In this document: positions 47,690 to 60,163 of the stretch, piece after piece
Layout: each line of letters begins with the position of its first letter
Numbering within the stretch: position 1 is the stretch's first letter
Source: Pavona decussata
Taxonomy: Eukaryota
DNA: 64,000 bases
Direction: 5' to 3'
Assembly: GCA_977016875.1 (NCBI GenBank)
Contig: CDRNST010000006.1
Span: forward strand, 6,758,001 to 6,822,000
Made by a program: the position numbers and the translations under genes
The notes under the pieces: generated by a model
The model's input: the letters and a program-made list of their open reading frames with translations, nothing else
What the model was told of the DNA's origin: nothing
Database searches by the model: none

Positions 47690-49156
47690 TCAGAGATGAG
47701 CTCCCAACCACCACTGGGTGGTAGATTGGCTTCCCTGTGTGCAGCGGAACTTTGGGTTGATGTAGTTATAGTAGCCAAAGTTGTCTTCATCTTTCACTGA
47801 ACCCGCCTTTGGCTTAAACTGACAGGTAGCGTATGTACTGTCAGTACGCAGAGACTGGACGTTAGCGGTCTGCCAAAAAGGTACCGTTTGGTGGATCCCG
47901 ATATGTCCGCGAATGTTGATGTATTCAACTTTTTTACATTTGTTGTTACCATTGTAATCCACAATGTTGAAGTCGTTGAAGTTTCCACGAAGGTAATCTC
48001 TGAAATCGACGCCGTGGGTCGGGTAGCTGCATGTTGCTCGCCAGTGAGTGGAGTGACTCTGTAGGGACTTCATTCGTGTCAAACTCAGGCGGTACAGATT
48101 CCAGTTCTGTGCGTTCTCGTTCACTGGAGAGTTGTACTTGAAAGGAATCTTGTGAAAAGCGGGAAGCTTACGATTTAGAGTACTCCAAGACATGACTAGG
48201 GTCCAGGCAGTGCCAGGCTCGGACTTGAGATCACAGTAAGCCGGGTAACTGTTTCCGCCATTGTCGTAAAGCCTGTATACGCCACATTTTGAGGCTCCTC
48301 TCAGCAGATAATCAAGGCAGGAGGTTGGACGGAAGAGTTTTCGCTCAATTTTAGTTAATTTAGGACAATCGTCTCCCTAGGAAAAAAAAAAACGAAAAAA
48401 AAAATTAAAATCGTTGACTTTTTTGGCGAAAAATATTTTATATCGCAATAATCTCCAGGACTCCAGTAATGTACATATTCAAAAATTTATTTATACATTC
48501 GATCATATATTTTGTAATCTTTTTAATAAAATATCTTTAAAAGCGACTGAACGAAACAACAGAAAATGAATAAACGTTTAACTTGGCAAATTTCAGGAAA
48601 AACACAAAAGTTAAACATCAGTGTATGAAGTATTTTACCTCGCATCCCAGTGTAACAACTCGTTTGTGCCGTTTGTGCTCAGCAGCTGCTGCAAGTGCCT
48701 GGAAGATGAAGAAAGATTTCAAACTTCGATAGTTTAATAGTAAAGATCATATTCTTGTACGTAAACTCAGTCACGGGATTTTGTCCATCGAATAACTGAG
48801 ATCCTGAGATTCCTGTGATTTTTTTGGGTTATTAATGGTAAAAAGCGTGAGCAATTAAATTATGTTTCTTGGTTATGCGAGGACCTTACTAAGCAAAACT
48901 ATAGACAAACATAAGCCCAATTTTTCTGCACTCTATAATCGTTATCAGTAACGTAAACATAGGCTAAATAACTGGCATTTTACGGGTTAGATCCATGCAT
49001 CGCTCGCCTGCTGAAACTTGATTTCCTTCCCAACTGCAAAATGTTGAACTCGGTGATAATTTTGCAGATATAGAACTAAATAAGGTCGTTCGATTAATAT
49101 AAAATGCTTACGAGAAAAGTGATGCCAATAAAAGCTGCGATTATCTTAAATGTCAT
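47690..49156 (-). CDS. Secreted fibrinogen-related-like domain protein, copy 4 (intact, 263 aa)
   Basis: Exons 49156-49112, 48698-48639 and 48376-47690 (45+60+687 nt). GT-AG introns, no stops, AATAAA at 47564-47559. Confidence 0.9.
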
Positions 49157-50012
49157 CGTTAGCTCTCCTTGAAATACCGCTTTGAATTTAGCTCAAAGAA
49201 GGAAAAAGGATTTGGAAGCTTCGTTGCTGACCAAAGATCTCCTTAACAAACGGACAGGCTAGGCTGTGTGTTACTGAAAAATATGCTACGTATACCAAAG
49301 TATGCAAATAAATCGAAAACTTAACATGTTTCGTGAAGACAAAGGGAACAAGGAGCTATGCGTTTAAATGCTGTGACAATCATATCTTTGTCTTTGTCTT
49401 TTTCTGTAAATTATTAGAAGTTTATTGACCCGTATTCAAGAGCTTCAAACGCTAATATTAACAGACAATAGGGTAAAATAGTTATCAGAAGTTACAAGTT
49501 GAATGCTAGGTTTACAAAAGGAAAGTCTATAGGTAATAAAACGTGGTAGGAAAACATTACTGCAGGAGGGACGGCGACTTTATTGTTTTTCCGATAACTT
49601 ATCTTGACCGGTGACTCGCTGCCAGTGGACTGCTTGAAAGCGGCCTGGATTGAAAATTTACTCTTTTTTGGAAACATTAAGAAACAAATTTATTTACTGG
49701 GAAATAACTCAGAGATAATTTCGCTTCCCTCTAAGATTTAATTAAAGGAACGTAAAGGGCGCCAGGATAAACATCAGAACTTTGGCGAACGCATTTCAAG
49801 TGATTTCATGCGTGATCGATCATGCCCATGAAGATCGCCGGCACTGATTTGTCGGCAACATTTTAGACCAGTTAAGGAAACAATTGGTGCACAAAGCTGT
49901 TAGAGAAAACTTGTCAATTTCAATGTAAACCTCCCCAAGGCAGTGTTCAAAGTTGTATTGTTTAGTCACTAAACCGAAAAATATGCATGGAAGCATTTTG
50001 CGCAGTTTCTTG

Positions 50013-50202
50013 AATAGGCCATTTTCATGATGGCGTCATTTTACTACAACTACCAGAATTCATTTCGTTTTCCTTTTCAAATTTAAATTTTCTAATCCCA
50101 GTGGACAGCAAAGAACAATAGCTCTAATTAGCATGAGAAAACAAAAACCAGAAGGATTCTGGTAGTTGTAGTAAAATGACGCCATAGTGAAAATGTCCCA
50201 CT
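50013..50202. mobile_element. 190-bp MITE, same family as 15631-15820
   Basis: Near-identical sequence. The empty site is visible in the paralog at ~43943 (TTCTTGAATTGTATGCAGC). Confidence 0.85.
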
Positions 50203-50480
50203 GGATGCAGCAAATATTTCAGCCAGCGGTGTGGTGTGCGTTGGCGTGTAGCGTATTTGAAACAGTCACCTGAGCGCTATGCTCCAAGAAGAAAGAAATC
50301 GATAGATCCTACAGACCTGGTGGATTGTTTACCCGAGAATACCTACAGTGGAAACCTTAAAGACAAAATTTTAATTCATGTCGGTAATAAATTAAAATAT
50401 CCATTATTTGAGACCTCAGTCGCTATAAGAATCCCACACTCAACCTTTGACTTTCGCTGAAATAATTTTTGGAAGTAATC

Positions 50481-50996
50481 TGAAGGGGCCTAAAAACCAT
50501 TGCTACAACGCGCTTTTTGTTTTTGTTCTTTAATGCCAAATATCCTTAAATAACAGAAAGAAAACGATGCGGTAAACGTTGCGATAATCAATCGGATAAC
50601 ATAATCGATGCGGTTGCTAGAAAATTGAACAAAGAAAATACAAGTGACTACAGCAAATGGGCGAACAAACAAAAATGGTCAAGAACATAGAAATAACAAA
50701 ATAAGCAGAAATGAAGAGCTAAAGCGATACTTACAAACGTTATATGGCCTTTGAAAAACAGACAAAAGAAACGATATAGAAAACGCAGAAAAACCTAAAA
50801 CTGTATTCTCCAAAGCACAAAACGAGAATGAATAAAAAAAAACAAAGATGTGAATTTATACTAATGAACTACGGAACAATAGACGAAGTTATGCAGAAAA
50901 AACTAACAGAATAATATTGAAAACGACATACAAGTGTGACACAAAAAATGTTTCTAGAAAACGAGGAGCTCGTTTAAAAAGAATGCGGCCGCAACA
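50481..50996 (-). mobile_element. Solo-LTR-like repeat (paralog of 44232-44725)
   Basis: Ends GAATGCGGCCGCAACA; duplicated along with the unit. Confidence 0.5.
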
Positions 50997-51468
50997 TCAT
51001 TTCATTCTCCATCGGATTCCAATACAAGTAGCATACTTTGTGCCACGTTTGACCTAATTCCAAATGGCGGCCAATCAGTCACGTGAGAGAGCTTACATTC
51101 AATCATGATTCCCTTCTGCAACGCGAAAAGATCGCGAGCTTGGGGCATTAGGATATGGCTAATACAACATTTTATAGTCGGAAGTCAATCACATGGTTGT
51201 AATCTGGTTAAGCCATGGGAGGCCGATTGTGATCACTTCGCTTTCTTCAGTCAAGCTTTTTCGTTTTCTTTATCTGACAAAGTATTCTGGAGAAAGTTGT
51301 TGATGGTGCAGTTTATTAGGCCATAGGATAGTCAAGCCACGCACAGATAGACCGTAATCTGGTGCATTCTTGGTTGAAAGCTTCAGTTGTAGACTAGGGT
51401 ATGTGCATTATTGATCATTATTTTTAATAGTAAACCTTTCTTTATAGCGTTTATCCGTGTGGCAATGG

Positions 51469-52150
51469 GAGAGATCTTGCAGAGGTGGAAAGGTTTGTAT
51501 TTTTTGGTACAGCAGTTACATTGTCTGATGGAGCTGAAGAAACTATTAAGGCAAGGATGAGAAATGAGCAAGCTGCATTCTTCCGGTGGAGAGTAGACTA
51601 AAGGAGTTAAAGTCAATCCAACAAGAACTAGAAGCTAGGATTATCAAAGTGCTACTATGATCAAATTTTTACCTTTTGAATTTTAAGTCCAGCGAAGAAG
51701 CTCTACTCTTATATGTCTGTGAGACATGGCCCATAATGAAAAGGACGGGGAAAAATTAAACGTCTTCTTTTACAGGTGTCTCCGATGTAGGTTGAAGATA
51801 TGTCGGCCAATGAGAGTGTCAAATGAAAAAATTAGACAGCAAAGATTTAGGAAACCGGTCAACAGGTACAAAGGAAGCGGAGGCAGCTGATCGGACATGT
51901 GCTAAAGATGAATACAAACAAACACCCAAAAGTAACACTCGCTTGGACTCTTGAGGGTGTGAACGACGCAGAGGCTAGGCCGACCGAAAGAGACCTGGCC
52001 GGCGCATGAGACGGAAGAGTAGAGAGGGAAGGCACAGAGTTAGGTTCCATAATTATAAGCTGGTTCAATGCAACCAGGCTTGCACAAAAGACTGAACCGA
52101 GGACATAGTCGGGGAGAAGGAAGACCACGAATAAACACAGGCAGAAGCAC
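51469..52150 (+). mobile_element. Degenerate RTE LINE fragment (paralog of 45960-46550)
   Basis: The same CETW / WTLEG / RPKETW patches are present. Confidence 0.7.
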
Positions 52151-52523
52151 AAAAAATTAATGCGTTAATTGACCGATGGTGTAGAAAGTAACTTTTGTTT
52201 GTTTTGGTTGTGCCTTACGTTTCCTGGTTGGGTAAAGTAACTCGGCCACTATTTCAACCAGTTATAATGAAAACAAACCGTGAAGCTATCGTGGCTTGCT
52301 CACGCGCGTTTTTCCGCGCGTGGCTTCAGTTACATACGCTGTTTGTGTCTGTTTTGATTGGCCAAAGCGCATCAATAACTTTGGTGTTGGTGCTGCGTTA
52401 CATGGTTGAAAACCACTGAACAGTGAGGACACCGCATTAGATTTGAACCCACACAGGATTGTTTCTCTTTTCCACAGGGTAAAATTTTCATAGTAAAAAA
52501 GTGTTAAATATAAAGGCTGTTTT

Positions 52524-52680
52524 CAAAAGGACGTAAAAGCAGCAATTTTCTAACAATCTTAATGAAGAGAACAAGACTTTTAAATTTGAAAGACATGTAA
52601 TTCCATCCGTAAGCTGACGATGGCACAGGAGTTGCCGAAACATGTCTTTCAAATTTAAAAGTCTTGTTCTCTTCATTGAG
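52524..52680 (+). mobile_element. Penelope-like remnant with inverted segment and hammerhead-like core
   Basis: 12-bp flanking duplication AAAGGCTGTTTT (52512-52523, 52681-52692); empty site at ~46724. Perfect 38-bp inverted repeat. Core CTGACGA-TGGCAC-AGGA-GTTGCC-GAAA-CATGTC. Confidence 0.6.
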
Positions 52681-53745
52681 AAAGGCTGTTTTAAATGTAA
52701 GACGCAGTTGTATGCAGAAGCACAAGAACACAAGCAACCTGTTTGTAAATTGACCGATGTATCGCTGCATCGCCATCATTAAACTGGTATGAAGCAAGCA
52801 AGACCGGAATGGGAAACACACTGAACAGCGCCCTAGTGGTGTACCAACCTGTTAAATGTGACGAACAAAATATTGTCCTATGGTGCATGCGTTGTTCCTG
52901 TTGTCCCTTAGTCCTTTAGAAAGCGGGGAAAGTGGGGAGGGAGGGGGGGGGGGGGTATAGTTCTCAAATATAGGAAGTGGGTAATCCTAAAGGAAGTGAC
53001 GGAATCGGAGAAAACTGAGGAAAAGAACAAAAAGGAAACAATGAAAGTATCGCAAAGTACCCCTCCGAAAAAAACTCCACCCAAAGAAGGGCCCCAAATC
53101 TCTATTATCTTCGATGATAAACCTAACAGACTACAGCTGAACCCATGGACTGTTGAGGGTTTCTGTTAGGCTGTTATTTCGTGTTTGACGATAATTTATG
53201 TTCTTCGAGCCCAATCAATTCGAAATCCGCAAATCGACTTTCCAATATCAAGCGCCGCTTTCAGCCAACAAGCCTACACGAACCGAGACCCGTTCTGGTA
53301 TTGAAAATTTTACAAAGTGTGCGGAAAAAACTCTCGGTCCTTCAATATGAACACAAAAAGGTTATGTTGATGTTAGTGAGAAGTTAGGGCGCTGTAGGTC
53401 CTTCCTTAGACACGCTACTGGTCAGTTCTATATGAGGGACATTTCACAAGTACACAATTCTGTGATTAAAATAATTTTCATTTGGCAGTTGCCCGGTAGA
53501 AATAAGTTTTCATTCGTCACTCACATTATCCATATTTTTTTCTTTCCTTTGTTTTTTCACTGTTTTTTGTTTCACTAAACATGATCCATTTCAGACGCTC
53601 TGAGATGATTAGCAAAATCTTTACTAATGTATGACTGTCAGACTACATAATTTCGTTTCTTTATACGGATCACAGTTTGTTCTAAATCAAGTCCGGGGTG
53701 AAATGCTGTGACCCCGTTTAACACGCTGTTACATCTGTGAACGCA

Positions 53746-55319
53746 TCAGAGATGAGCTCCCAACCACCACTGGGTGGTAGATTGGCTTCCCTGTGTGCAG
53801 CGGAACTTTGGGTTGATGTATACATAGTGGCCAAAGTTGTCTTCCCCACTGACTGACCCCGACTTTGGCCTAAACTGACAGGTAGCGTATGTACTGTCAG
53901 TATGCAGGAAGTGGCTATTAGCAATCTGCCAAAAAGGTACCGTTTGGTGGATCCCGATGTGTCCGCGGATGTTAATGTATTCAACTTTCTTGCATTTGTT
54001 ACCACCAATATAATCGACAATGTTGAAGTCCTTGAAGCTTCCACGAACGTAATCTCTGAAATCGACGCCGTGGGTCGGGTAGCTGTATGTTGCTTGCCAG
54101 TGAGTGGAGTGACTCTGTAGGGACTTCATTCGTGCCAAACTCAGGTGGTACAGATTCCAGTTCTGTGCGTTCTCGTTCACTGGAGAGTTGTACTTGAAAG
54201 GAATCTTGTGAAAAGCGGGAAGCTTACGATTTAGAGTACTCCAGGAGGTGATTAGGGTCCAGGCGGTGCCAGGCTCGGACTTGAGATCACAGTAACCCGG
54301 GTAACTGTTTCCGCCATTGTCGTAATGTCTGTAGACGCCACATTTTGAGGCTCCTCTCAGCAGATAATCAAGGCAGGAGGTTGGACGAAAGAGTTTTCGC
54401 TCAACTTTAGTTGATTTAGGACAACCATCTCCCTAGAAAAAAAAAAGAGAAAAACAAAAAAAACAAAAAAACAAAAACAAACAAAGAATTAAAATCGTTG
54501 ACCTTTTTGGCACGAGAAATATCGCAATATTGTCCACGACTGCGGTAATGTACAGATCAGTTCAAACATTGACATTGTGAGGAGCGAGTTCAGGGATCAG
54601 CGTGGTTGACCGGATTTTGTTGTTGCAATTGCTCTGATTTTTAATCTTTCCCGGATTCAGGACAGTTTGATATCCCGATCGTATTTTTATTTATTTATTT
54701 TTTTTACAAAAATTTCTTAAAAACCGACTGCAATTACAAAAATAGATAGACTTGGGAGCTTTCACTCGGCAAGAAAACCTCGAAACTTAAACATCAGTGT
54801 GTGAAGTATTTTACCTTGCATCCCAGTGTAAGAACTCGTTTGTGCCGTCTGTGCTCAGCAGCTGCTGGAAGTGCCTAGAAGATGAAGAAAGATTTTAAAT
54901 TTAGACAGTTGAAGAGTGAAGAACATATTCTTTTAGATAAATCAGTCACGGGATTTTGTCCATCGAATAACTGAGATCCTGAGATTCCTGCGATTTTGTA
55001 GGTTAAAAAAGGTAAACGGCGTGAGTAATTATAATGTAATTTCAAATTTCTTGGTTATTCGGCGTTACTAAGCAAAACTATAGACGAGAGTATTAAGCCC
55101 TAAAATAGGCTAAATAAAACGGTCATTTCCTTCCTTTTCGGGTTACGTAGGTCCATGCATGGCTTGCCGGTTTGAATTTCGTTCCTAACATTTTAAGTTT
55201 GGTGATATTTTGCACGTTTAACACTGGGAAAGATCGTTATATGAATAGTTTTGTGTCGCAGACAAATCACTTACGAGAAAAGTGATGCCAATAAAAGCCG
55301 CGATTATCTTAAATCCCAT
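53746..55319 (-). CDS. Secreted fibrinogen-related-like domain protein, copy 5 (open frame, 263 aa)
   Basis: Exons 55319-55275, 54874-54815 and 54432-53746 with no stops. A conserved Cys is lost (RATC to QATY) and the polyA signal reads AGTAAA. Confidence 0.85.
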
Positions 55320-55802
55320 CGTTAGATTTCCGCGAAATACCGTTTTGAATTCAACTCGAAGAAAAACCAGGGTTTGAACACCGCTTCGTTGCTGACCGCA
55401 AGAATATCCTCAACAAGCGAGCAGTCTAGGCTGTGTTATATTACGTAGCACCAAAATATCAGGTAAATAAATCAAAAACACGAAAACGTATTCCACCGAA
55501 CATGTTTTGTGTATTAGACAAACGAAGCAAAAAAATTCGGTTGTTGCTGTGACAACTTGATGTCAACCGGAGTGTGCCATTTTCATTTTTCTTGCATGGT
55601 TCGTTTCTAGAGCAGTGTACGGCAAGCAAGGTGTTAAGTGTGGGATCATTTATTTATTCAAGAGACAACTTGAAAGTGAATGAAAATTCTGTCGATAAAA
55701 AGCATTATTATTCTTGTTGACTGTTGAAAAGTTTTTTGTTTTTGATTTTGGGGTTTTTGGTTAATGCACTGTAAAGCTGAATGCATTATTTTGAGTCGGA
55801 GC

Positions 55803-55897
55803 AAACAATAAATTTGAAACTTCAGTACTCCCGGAGTACTGAAGTTTCAAATTTATTGTTTCTTTCTCGCAGGATGAAGTTCATCCTGCGAGAAAGA
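55803..55897. repeat. Two abutting perfect fold-back palindromes
   Basis: AAACAATAAATTTGAAACTTCAGTACTCC-C-GGAGTACTGAAGTTTCAAATTTATTGTTT and TCTTTCTCGCAGGATGAA-G-TTCATCCTGCGAGAAAGA. Confidence 0.9.
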
Positions 55898-58800
55898 GAT
55901 TGCCTCTCTTTTCGGCTCCGAAGCAGGAAGGAAACCTCTAGCTTGCAGGGTATTTCCCATTACATAAGAAAAGAGATCCGCTGCTACAAGTCGTATGTCC
56001 ATATACTTACGATTCACCCGCTATAATTTGTCAAATTCAATTTGGTGGGTTCTCGTACAGCTAGTCACTCTAAGGTTGCGAATGTTTACAAAATGAATTG
56101 TTTAGTTGTATATGTACACTGTACGTAATATTCAATATATATTCTAATTTTGGAAAATTTTAGTAAAATTTATATGTATTATACCTTACGATTCTACAGC
56201 TCATTCAGATCAAGCCGTATTTTTGCATTTTTCATGTTGAGTTCAGTCAGTGATTTGAGGAATCATGTGTTTGGATTGTTTACATTAAATAACTAGTAAT
56301 AATCAAGGATTAGTAAAGTGCGTTTGATTTGTCTTATTTCTGCTAAAATTCTCTGCTAAAACCAGAAATTGGTTAGCAAAAGTGGAGTTCAGGGAGGAGG
56401 TTATCGAGAATTACCATGTGTTAAACTTTGTTCTGGTACAATGCAATAAACTGAATGAATGTAGCAAAACTCAACACAGTCAGTGATTTGAGGAATCAGT
56501 GTTCTAATTGTTTACATAAAACAATAACAATTTCTTACCTGGGGACTTTTTGGCAGTGAACTGATTAAGGAATAAAGTAAGTCTTCATGCTTGAATATTG
56601 AGAACTGCGCTTATGTTAAGTTTGTCCGAATCAACAAGCCCATGAGACCCATTCACATGGGAGTTGAACATGTATTTAGGAATACGACGCAAATTATTTC
56701 GGTGCGAATCAATTTTTGGCCGGGATATTCAAACTCCGTAAACTAAAGAAATTTGGCCAAAAGCTTTGGCTGATCAAATTTAAGATCTCTAAGCTCTAAA
56801 AGAGTCTCAACATCAATTTTTGTCTTTTCCTTATATTTCTCTAAATTGATGTACCGTGGACTTTATACACGAATGTCCGATGGAAACCAAAAACTGCGAA
56901 TGTCAGCTTTCCACCGAACCTTAATTCTCAGCTTTGAACAGAGAATCTTTTACCAAGCACCTTATAAGCATTCTGGGTTTGAACATCTTTGAAATCAATT
57001 TTTAAAGAATATATTTTTGATCGGATTTATAGACAAAGCTTGAATTTTGCGCCATATTTGCCATGATTCAAAATGGCGTACAGGCAAAAGTTGAAATCAA
57101 TCGACTGTATCCATGTTTTCGTGAGAAACTGTTCCCGGCAATTAGTTTCAGTGCAAGCGATTCGCCAATCCATATCGTCACAATGTCTCACTTGTGTAAT
57201 TAAAACATCCCTATCTTGTAAAACTCAACCGAGTTACACCTTCAAACACGAAATATACATCTTAAGTGCTGTTTTGTTGTGAGCGCAAAGATGAGAAGTG
57301 GTTATATGTATTTAACAATAAAGCGTGTCTTGTATGGTCAACACAATTAGTATGGTGATTTTTAATTACCTCATTATACGCCTCACACCCAACCTTCGCC
57401 TATGCAATTCTCTAACATTCATGTCTGTGAAAGCCGACGTCTTTTTTGTTGTTGTTGTTGTTAAACAACATAATTTAGGCACATATTGTACGCAATAATA
57501 TTGTACGAATTTCTAAGGCTAGGAAAGATTTGATCTTCCACGTTCGTCTGAGGGCCGAAATATTATTCGTCTTGTCATGAGAATTCTCCAAAGAGAATCA
57601 CACCCATGATCTTCTGCAAACCAAGACACTGAGAGATTCGTGATCGTGCGGGAGTCGGTTAGAGATTTTAGCGATTACATGGAATGGCGACATAGTGATT
57701 CAGCGACCGAGGGCACACATTTGTTCCATATGATCGATACATTAATTTTATTATAACCGACAGAAAAACCAGGCTTAATGTTCTCACTGCTTGTGTTCGA
57801 GACACTCGATGAAATTTCCAATTAACAAACACGCGTTTCAGATTGCTGGTAAGATGACTCACTGATTGGCATCACAAAACTGATAAAGCAATCGAAGGTC
57901 AGTACAGCTTCGTCGAGCTTACATGCACGTGCCAAAATGAAATGAGAGACTGTAAGAAATCCGAACGAGGCTGGCGGAGTGAAGCAGTTGTTTAAGGATC
58001 ACAAGTAAAATAACGACTGAACTGTTTGGCAGCTGGAAAATGACACTGGAATACAAAACAAAGGAATTTGTAAAAATGTACAACTAAGTGGAGAGACTCT
58101 GTACAATCCATTTCATACCTGAACATCATGAATTATTTTCTTGATTCTGATGGAAAGCTGATCTCAGTCATTACTATAAAAGTAAATATTGCCTCTCCAA
58201 ACCAAATCAGTTGTTCTCTTGGCCGGTGTAAATCACCAAGGTAGCAGTTGGCCTTAGAGTCTTTTCATGTCCCAGTATTTACACGGAGCATTTTTTCTGG
58301 AAGTAAAATTGTGTCTTAAAATATGCACAAAATGATATTGGGCTTCCAGGCAAAACGTTTTGTCAGTAATCTCTCCAAAGAAAGGAAAGATCATTTTTCG
58401 AGATCAAGCGACGAGAAGTTCAAGACAGGATAGCCTTATATTCCGTGAAATGTCAAAAGGTACGTTAAAACCGATTTTCTTTTGCACCGGAAGTCCACAC
58501 TTTATTTCAATTGCCTCAAGGAAGCTACCTTATTTTAGTATTTATTCAACAGGCGACTGGGTCATTTGCTTCCGTTTATTTTATTTCCGAGCAGAACATG
58601 TTGCGAAAGTAAACATTGAAGGCTTTTTACGGTAGAAGAAAAAAATGAATTTCACGAAGTCACTTTCTTAAAATAAACCTTATTACCTTTTCAGTTTGGA
58701 GTGGATAAAGAAAGGATTAAAAATAAGCCAAGAATGTAGAAAGCGGGAAACTGGGACAGCCTCAGAGGCTCTCAACTACTTTGAAGACGTTATATACTAT

Positions 58801-60163
58801 TAAATGATCAAATGCTAAATACCTATGCTAATTTAGGTTTGTTGAAGAAGAGACAGGTAATGTCGTTTGGACATGGCCTTCGTCTACACTTGCTTAATTC
58901 TTTGCGGATCGAAAAGAATAAATTAAATGAACGCTAAATACTTCAAAATAACTTCTAAATTCTTTTCACAATGTCTCGTTTTACACCATTCCGAGTGCCT
59001 CTCTATTAAGCCCCCTCCTCTCTCCCCTCGGGCCTACCCACCATAAATTCTGACTCAAATTACGACAAGGAAACAAGTAGCCTGCTAGCAAGCTCTCTAT
59101 TTGGTCTCACCCGAGACTTATTTCGCGTGAGACCCTTATTAGAGAGCTTGCGCGCAAGCTAAACAAAAAAATATGAGTTTTGTTGACTTTATGAAATTTT
59201 AAGAAGACGAGGCTACAGCGTGAGAAGTAAATAGAGACCATTAGATTCTAGTACGAGTTCGACTACGAGATAAGACTTGAAGTTTTTAGCGAAGTAGTAA
59301 AAACAGAGATATCCCAGGGAGCTTTATTTTACTCTTTGTGAGCGACGAACTGGATTCCAAAAAGGCGAGATCACTTACGTTTCGATGAGACAAGGATTCG
59401 TTTTGCCACCACGCCGTTCTCTCCAAACCTCGTAGTAAAATAACGACGGCTATCTCGTTTCACCGCCAAAATGATACTGCTTCACTCGCTCGCACTCTTT
59501 GTCTATTGCAAAAGAGTCGTAGGAAAAACTCGTAGGTCTCAAATGTTGTGCTGAGAAGGTAAGTGACGCGCGCGCAAGGCGAACGAAACCTTAGTTTCCA
59601 GAGAGAGAGACCCCTAAAAACAAAACAACCATGCAGCACAGGGGAGGGGAAGGGTACGCAAACGGTTGATATGCATGCGCATCCAGACTATTGTTTTTTT
59701 GATACACGTGTTTAAAGCATTCAGAGTAGTATTTCAGTTGTCAATTATTTCCGCATAGCTTGTTTACTGACTCATGACTTGAAAGGATCCACCGTCTCTA
59801 TTAAGCACACGTACACTTCTCTATTAAAATCCCGTTCTTGATAAGAGTTTTCACAATGTTTACATCTTAGTCGACAACACGTACAATAGTAGAGAGGAAC
59901 TCTCTACAGTCACTGCCATGGAACGTAAATGGAAATACCTTTTACTTGCAGTGCATTCGATTGCCCCAGACAATGGGATAGGGTATCTCGCCGATAACGT
60001 AATGGTAAATTCATGTCATTATGATTCACATTAAAATTTTAAGGCGCAATTTGCATGGTAAGCCTGAAGGAAGAGATGATTTTCTTTCATATTATTGTAA
60101 TTCGTAGACGCGAGCAGTATAGAATTATTTTACAAGAATTAGTTTTTGTAAGACGCATACTAT

